12,747 nucleotides of DNA from Candidatus Brocadiia bacterium (GTDB lineage: Bacteria > Planctomycetota > Brocadiia > SM23-32). The notes beneath the pieces are model-generated. The model did no database searches, was not told the DNA's origin, and saw nothing but the letters and a program-made list of their open reading frames with translations. The position numbers and the translations under genes are program-made. Location of the stretch: the NCBI GenBank assembly GCA_046538485.1, contig JBKHIT010000095.1:1-12747 (forward strand), read 5' to 3'. Each line of letters starts with the position of its first letter. Positions within the stretch are counted from its first letter, which is position 1. Shown here piece by piece: positions 8,721-12,747 of this stretch.

Positions 8721-8928
8721 GGCTAAAAAAACGGCGCATAAATCTGACAATTTAAAATTAGTAATCAGCAACGAGGCAAACGCCACGTTCAGAAACGATT
8801 GTCTTAAACTGCTTTTTCGCAGGGAAGATACAGACATCTCCCCGCACAGTAGCACTGGCCGGGCATTGTGGTACTTCTTGTTGTCGTAAGTTCATATTCG
8901 TAAACGGCATGCGCCGTTTTATGTAGCC
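8721..8928. repeat. Long-range inverted repeat bracketing most of the gltB1-gltB2 intergenic region
   Basis: AAAACGGCGCAT (8728-8739) is the exact reverse complement of ATGCGCCGTTTT (8909-8920). The match extends imperfectly to GGCTA (8721-8725) / TAGCC (8924-8928). Confidence 0.6.
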
Positions 8929-8953
8929 TGCATCCGTAAGATGCAGGCTACAT
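8921..8953. other. Perfect 14-bp stem-loop overlapping the amidotransferase stop codon
   Basis: ATGTAGCCTGCATC-cgtaa-GATGCAGGCTACAT. No U tract lies 3' of the stem on either strand, and GTAG sits near the 5' end on both strands. Confidence 0.8.
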
Positions 8954-10066
8954 CGCTGCATTGAGCGGCTCATTTTCAGCCGTTTGCAACCTACCGATGA
9001 CAGGTTCGCCTCCTCGTGGTTGCCAGAGCCTGTCGGGTTTCGGGCAGACAACGCGGATGGCCGCTTCTTCGCTGGCAACGAAAAGTCTGTCGTCTTTCCT
9101 GGCGGCCACGAGGGGACGGAGCTTGATACGGTCATTCAAACCAATCATACCGCTCTTGTGGCCGACCAGAACGGAGAAAGGTCCGTTCAGCAACGCTCCT
9201 CCGTAGACATTCCGCATGGTCCGGGCCAGTTCCCGGCGCTCGGGGCTGAGTCTGTCTATCTGTTCCCAGAACGGGGGAGCCATCGCCATGCATGCTTCTT
9301 TAAACGGCAACTGGTGCTTGCGGATTAAAAGATCAAACATATATGTAATCACTTCTGTATCGGTATGGAAGGCGCAATGATAGCCAAAATTGTCGAGATA
9401 CCTGCGGTTGATACCATACGATGAGATTTCTCCGTTATGGACCACCGACCAGTCGAGAAGCCCGAACGGATGGGCGCCCCCCCACCAGCCGGTCGTGTTC
9501 GTTGGGAACCGCCCATGAGCCGTCCATGTGTGGCCCTCATATTCGTCAACTCGATAAAACCTGCCGATATCTTCCGGGTAACCAACCCCTTTGAATACTC
9601 CCATGTTCTGTCCGCTCGAAAAAATAAACGCCCCGTCCGACGAGGTATTAACGTCCATAACCAGCGACACCATGAGGTCGTCATCGGATTGGCCGTAGTT
9701 TCGCTGCCGGACATTATCCCGCACAGTCACGAAGTAACGGTGCAAGATTGGCCGGTCTTTCACGGCATCGACGGGACGAATCGGCATCGGTTCCTCCTTG
9801 TGCACTTCACAGCGGGCATCAATCATCTCTTCCGCTTCCGCCTGCCCGGCTCTATCGTCGCACATGATATGCAGAGCATACTGGTCGCGACGGTCCGGGT
9901 AGATTCCATATGCCGCCAGTCCCCCACCCAGACCGTTGGCACGTTCATGCATCATTTCGATGGATTCCAGGATCAACTCGCCGCCCACACGCTCACCCGA
10001 TTCGCATATCATACCGGTGATCGCGCAACCGCTTATATCTTTGCTGGTCGGCACGTTTTTCATCAT
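8948..10066 (-). CDS. Split glutamate synthase class-II (Ntn) glutamine amidotransferase subunit (GltB1), 372 aa
   Basis: KDISG|CAITG (nucleophilic Cys14 after a short propeptide), ERANGLGGG, AHGRFPTNT, GGAHPF, VHNGEI, TDTEV, LNGPF, DRIKLRPL, ASEEAAI. Start is ATG 10066 or 10063 after a purine-rich SD; the track start at 10198 overlaps glnA and is unlikely. Confidence 0.92.
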   Translation of the reverse strand: MMKNVPTSKDISGCAITGMICESGERVGGELILESIEMMHERANGLGGGLAAYGIYPDRRDQYALHIMCDDRAGQAEAEEMIDARCEVHKEEPMPIRPVDAVKDRPILHRYFVTVRDNVRQRNYGQSDDDLMVSLVMDVNTSSDGAFIFSSGQNMGVFKGVGYPEDIGRFYRVDEYEGHTWTAHGRFPTNTTGWWGGAHPFGLLDWSVVHNGEISSYGINRRYLDNFGYHCAFHTDTEVITYMFDLLIRKHQLPFKEACMAMAPPFWEQIDRLSPERRELARTMRNVYGGALLNGPFSVLVGHKSGMIGLNDRIKLRPLVAARKDDRLFVASEEAAIRVVCPKPDRLWQPRGGEPVIGRLQTAENEPLNAAM

Positions 10067-10081
10067 GGTCTTTCTTCCCCG

Positions 10082-10137
10082 TAAGATACCGATGGCGGGA
10101 CCATATACCGGCCCCCGCCACCAGCGGATAAGTCTTA
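10082..10137 (-). other. Intercistronic stem-loop after glnA
   Basis: On the transcript strand GCUGGUGGCGGG pairs with CCCGCCAUCGGU (12 bp, 3 G-U), with outer pairing UAAGA/UCUUA. It fills almost the whole 68-nt gap. Confidence 0.65.
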
Positions 10138-11475
10138 CAGAATTGGAAGATACTCCTCGAGTTCGTACTGGCTGACATGGGTCCGGTAACGATCCCATTC
10201 GATCTTCTTGTTCTCGATGAACTTCTGAAAAACGTGTTCACCGAGAGCCTCTCGGACCAGTTCGCTCTTCTGGGTTTCCGCGATCGCCTCCCCGAGGTTT
10301 CCGGGCAAAGAGGTAATACCAACCGATTCCCGTTCGGAAGGACTCATCTCAAAGATGTCCTCCTCGACGGGATCCGGCAACTCGTAGCCTTCTTCTATGC
10401 CTTTGAGACCCGCCGCCAGCATGACCGAAAACGCGAGATAGGGGTTACAGGCCGGATCGGGACATCGGAACTCCGCCCTGGTTGCCTTCTCGTTTCCGGG
10501 TTTATACATCGGCACACGAACCAGAGCCGAACGATTGCGCCGCGCCCAGGAAACGTAAACGGGAGCTTCGTAACCGGGAACAAGGCGTTTGTAAGAATTC
10601 ACCCACTGGGCCACCACTGAGGAGATTTCTCGTGCGTGCATGAGCAGCCCCGCAATGAACGATTTTCCGACGCCGGAAAGACAATATTCGCCCCCTTTGT
10701 CGAAAAATGCATTTTGCCCGTTGTCATCGAACAACGACATATGCGTATGCATCCCACTGCCATTCTCGCCGAATAGCGGCTTGGGCATAAAAGTCGCGTA
10801 CACTTCGTGCTGCAGCGCCACTTCTTTCACCGTCAGACGATACGTCATCGCCGCATCCGCCATGCGGAGCGCCTCACAATAGCGCAGATCGATCTCATGC
10901 TGACTCGGGGCCACTTCGTGGTGACTGTATTCAACGGGGATATCCATTTTTTCCAGGGCGAGAATCGTGTCGCGTCGCAGATCGCTTGCGATGTCCAGCG
11001 GGGTCAAATCGAAGTATCCACCCGCATCGAGCTGTTCCGTACCTTCGCAGTCCTCAAAATAGAAAAACTCAAGCTCTGGCCCCACGTAGAAGTCGTACCC
11101 CATGTCCGAGGCTCGCTCCAGATTCCGCTGGAGGACCCGCCTGGGGTCGCCATCGTAGGGACTACCGTCGGGTTCCAGCACATCGCAGAACATCCGAGCT
11201 ACCGCACCGTTCTCCGTCGGACGCCACGGAAGAAGCGTGAAAGTGGCGGGGTCCGGCATAGCCACCATGTCGCTCTCTTCGATGCGGGCGTAGCCCTCGA
11301 TCGAGGAGCCATCAAAACCCATCCCATCTTCCAACGCACCTTCGAGTTCGTCCGCCGTAATGGCGAAACTTTTCAACGACCCGAGCACATCCGTAAACCA
11401 GAAACGGATGAATTTGACATTTCGTTCCATCACCTCGCGTAAAACGTATTCCTTGTCCTTCGTCGCCTCTTCCAT
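10135..11475 (-). CDS. glnA: Glutamine synthetase type I (GSI-alpha), 446 aa
   Basis: GFDGSSIEGYARIEESDM, GPELEFF, GGYFD, SHHEVAPSQHEI, ATFMPKP..GENGSGMH, NSYKRLVPGYEAP, NRSALVRVP, RAEFRCPDPACNPYLAF. SD GGGAG. Confidence 0.96.
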   Translation of the reverse strand: MEEATKDKEYVLREVMERNVKFIRFWFTDVLGSLKSFAITADELEGALEDGMGFDGSSIEGYARIEESDMVAMPDPATFTLLPWRPTENGAVARMFCDVLEPDGSPYDGDPRRVLQRNLERASDMGYDFYVGPELEFFYFEDCEGTEQLDAGGYFDLTPLDIASDLRRDTILALEKMDIPVEYSHHEVAPSQHEIDLRYCEALRMADAAMTYRLTVKEVALQHEVYATFMPKPLFGENGSGMHTHMSLFDDNGQNAFFDKGGEYCLSGVGKSFIAGLLMHAREISSVVAQWVNSYKRLVPGYEAPVYVSWARRNRSALVRVPMYKPGNEKATRAEFRCPDPACNPYLAFSVMLAAGLKGIEEGYELPDPVEEDIFEMSPSERESVGITSLPGNLGEAIAETQKSELVREALGEHVFQKFIENKKIEWDRYRTHVSQYELEEYLPIL

Positions 11476-11578
11476 CTTTCCTTCTCCCTTTATAGAAAGT
11501 CCGGCGGGCCCACGGTCAACTCGACCCGCCGATCAGTCCGTTGCACGTTCAATTAAAACCATTCGACAGAACTCTTTG

Positions 11579-11594
11579 TGCAATCGGTGTGCCA
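11579..11594 (-). promoter_or_regulatory. Sigma-54 (-24/-12) promoter of the glnA-glutamate synthase cluster
   Basis: Minus strand TGGCACACCGATTGCA is a perfect match to TGGCAC-N5-TTGCW, 103 nt upstream of the glnA ATG. Predicted TSS is about 11568. Confidence 0.85.
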
Positions 11595-11766
11595 TTTAGA
11601 CTTCTATTTTCCCAAGCTATTATTATGCAGTCTGTTACAACAATATCACACTTTTGGCTGAACGGCGACAAAACGGCGGCATGCTCTTTTATTGCTCACA
11701 TATGCCACGGTTGTTCACTTTTTGCGCAGGCTGACACGAGGCTGGATTTCATCGCAGGCCTTCGGT

Positions 11767-11971
11767 GTTTTCGCAACAGAAGGGGTCAAGGTACGGTGGC
11801 TCAACCTCTGACAGGCAAGCGAACTGGACTTCAGCGCCGCTGTGCGGGGCTGGAGTTCAGAACGCGGCTCATAAACCGAGAGGTCTCGCAGCAAAACACC
11901 AGAACGACCAACGGCGGCTCTCTCCGGGGGTGGGTTGCGGGAAGAAGGGACGGAAGAGACCAAAGGGACTC
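11767..11971 (+). repeat. Modular hairpin repeat element, copy B
   Basis: Same ordered blocks as 4250-4505: stem CTGGACTTCAGC (11824-11835) / GCTGGAGTTCAG (11849-11860) with a different loop, and a 9-mer triplet at 11945-11971. Confidence 0.8.
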
Positions 11972-12010
11972 GTTGTTTTTTGTCGCGTTCCGTGATTTGA
12001 CACATGAGCA

Positions 12011-12064
12011 GGCGGGAGTTCAGAACGCGCACTATCAGTCGACAGATCTCCCAGAACCCACCGG
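12011..12064 (+). repeat. Modular repeat element, partial copy C
   Basis: Exact GGAGTTCAGAACGCG at 12015-12029. The downstream 12034-12056 matches 11871-11893 at 16/23 positions without gaps. Confidence 0.65.
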
Positions 12065-12130
12065 GGCTCCACGTATCCGGGATGCCACCCAGATGCAAGG
12101 GATTATCGCCGGGCGCGTTCTGCCGTTCAT

Positions 12131-12235
12131 TGCCCTGAAAGGGCAGTATATAACAGCTTGGGGTGAGGGGAGCCGCAGGCCCTCGGAGCCCTGGGGTACA
12201 GGTGTGCATTGGGAAAAAGTGGGCTGAAGGCCCAC
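12131..12235 (+). repeat. REP-like unit with TGAA-loop hairpins
   Basis: TGCCC-TGAAA-GGGCA (12131-12145) and GTGGGC-TGAAG-GCCCAC (12219-12235). An inverted relative GCCCC-TTTCA-GGGGC lies at 12489-12503. Confidence 0.55.
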
Positions 12236-12265
12236 CACAATACTTTGTGTGTTTCCCCACGCAAT

Positions 12266-12353
12266 GAGCCGCTGAAGGGGTCGACTACGACCCCGGACTT
12301 AACGCAAGCCCCGAAACCAGCGTCAGGTTCGTAGTGAGTCTCTTCAGGGGCTC
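12266..12353. repeat. Inverted doublet of GTAG-tagged REP-like palindromes (REPIN-like)
   Basis: 12266-12293 matches the reverse complement of 12326-12353 at 21/28. Each arm reads GTAG followed by an imperfect hairpin with a TTCA loop. Confidence 0.65.
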
Positions 12354-12372
12354 GAAAGGGAACTGGTTGCTG

Positions 12373-12437
12373 GTGAACGGATAACGAGCTCGTACTGAGT
12401 TGCTAGTTGTCGAACGACAGTTAGTGAACGGATAACG
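12373..12437 (+). repeat. 14-bp direct repeat GTGAACGGATAACG within a degenerate heptamer tract
   Basis: Exact copies at 12373-12386 and 12424-12437. The surrounding sequence shows ~7-nt periodicity (GAACTGG TTGCTGG TGAACGG ATAACGA). Confidence 0.65.
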
Positions 12438-12747
12438 GACTGGAGCTGGGGCAACAAAAAGGCAAATTGACATTTTTCGCGCTCACACGCCCCTTTCAGG
12501 GGCTCTTTCCGTCGCGACGGATAGCCCCACGTGGATCGTTCAGCACTCCGAGGGAGTGCGTGAGAGTGTAGGCCCGTGTGAAGGCGCCGTCAGCCGCCGG
12601 AGTTCGGGGTTCCGGGACGAAAATAGAACGCGTCCCGAAACGGTGGCACTGACAAATTAAAAGCGGCGCCCCCCGTGGGGGTTTCAATTTCCGGAAATAT
12701 CAGTTTCACCGGCAGAGCTTACTAAGGACCCTGCAGCACCCCCGATG

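Noticed and set aside
8758..9135. 125-aa minus-strand ORF running into the gltB1-gltB2 gap
   Set aside because: It overlaps the amidotransferase out of frame, and its intergenic part has no SD or recognisable motif.
5649..11442. Long plus-strand ORFs (e.g. 351, 191, 215, 211 aa) opposite the nitrogen genes
   Set aside because: Antisense shadows of well-supported genes in GC-rich DNA, with no motifs of their own.
4531..11475. Methylamine pathway interpretation (GmaS plus MgsABC)
   Set aside because: The GS has canonical GSI-alpha motifs with an intact ammonium site, the FMN subunit carries ferredoxin domains typical of the archaeal-type GOGAT, and no mgd genes are present. Not excluded experimentally, but less likely.
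11692..11707. Second sigma-54-like box TGGCATATGTGAGCA upstream of glnA
   Set aside because: GG to GC spacing is 9 nt rather than the required 10.
11818..11866. Hairpin core as an integron attC site
   Set aside because: No proper RYYYAAC/GTTRRRY boxes with the required spacers, no cassette ORFs and no integrase in the window.
11941..12030. GACGGAAG and GAACGCG words recalling the glnA glutamine riboswitch
   Set aside because: They are on the strand opposite to glnA and upstream of its promoter, lack the P1/P2/P3 arrangement, and belong to the repeat element also present at 4250-4505.
12373..12437. CRISPR-like repeat-spacer-repeat
   Set aside because: Only two 14-bp units, too short for a CRISPR repeat, and no cas genes.
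11541..12687. Track ORFs of 62-228 aa in the right-hand region
   Set aside because: No recognisable domains or convincing SD. They overlap each other on both strands and run through repeats or the glnA promoter.

Overview
Bacterial chromosomal window with two metabolic blocks and two repeat-rich non-coding stretches. Left block: a minus-strand pdxB (4-phosphoerythronate dehydrogenase) is translationally coupled (TAATG overlap) to a LarA-family nickel-pincer racemase/epimerase, and both are divergent from gnd (6-phosphogluconate dehydrogenase). Centre block: a minus-strand nitrogen-assimilation cluster with a perfect sigma-54 promoter. It runs glnA (GSI-alpha), then a split 'archaeal-type' glutamate synthase (separate amidotransferase, Fe-S/FMN and GXGXG-domain genes), with a 4x[4Fe-4S] protein and an FAD/NADH oxidoreductase in place of GltD. 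Diverged, same-orientation copies of an unannotated modular hairpin element (core GGAGTTCAGAACGCG; 3 clear copies, 2 possible remnants) flank the cluster, and one copy carries two extra palindromic segments. The last ~1 kb is a non-coding patchwork of REP-like palindromes and short repeats. No tRNA, rRNA, CRISPR array or transposase was found. All family assignments come from motif recognition by eye, not database searches.
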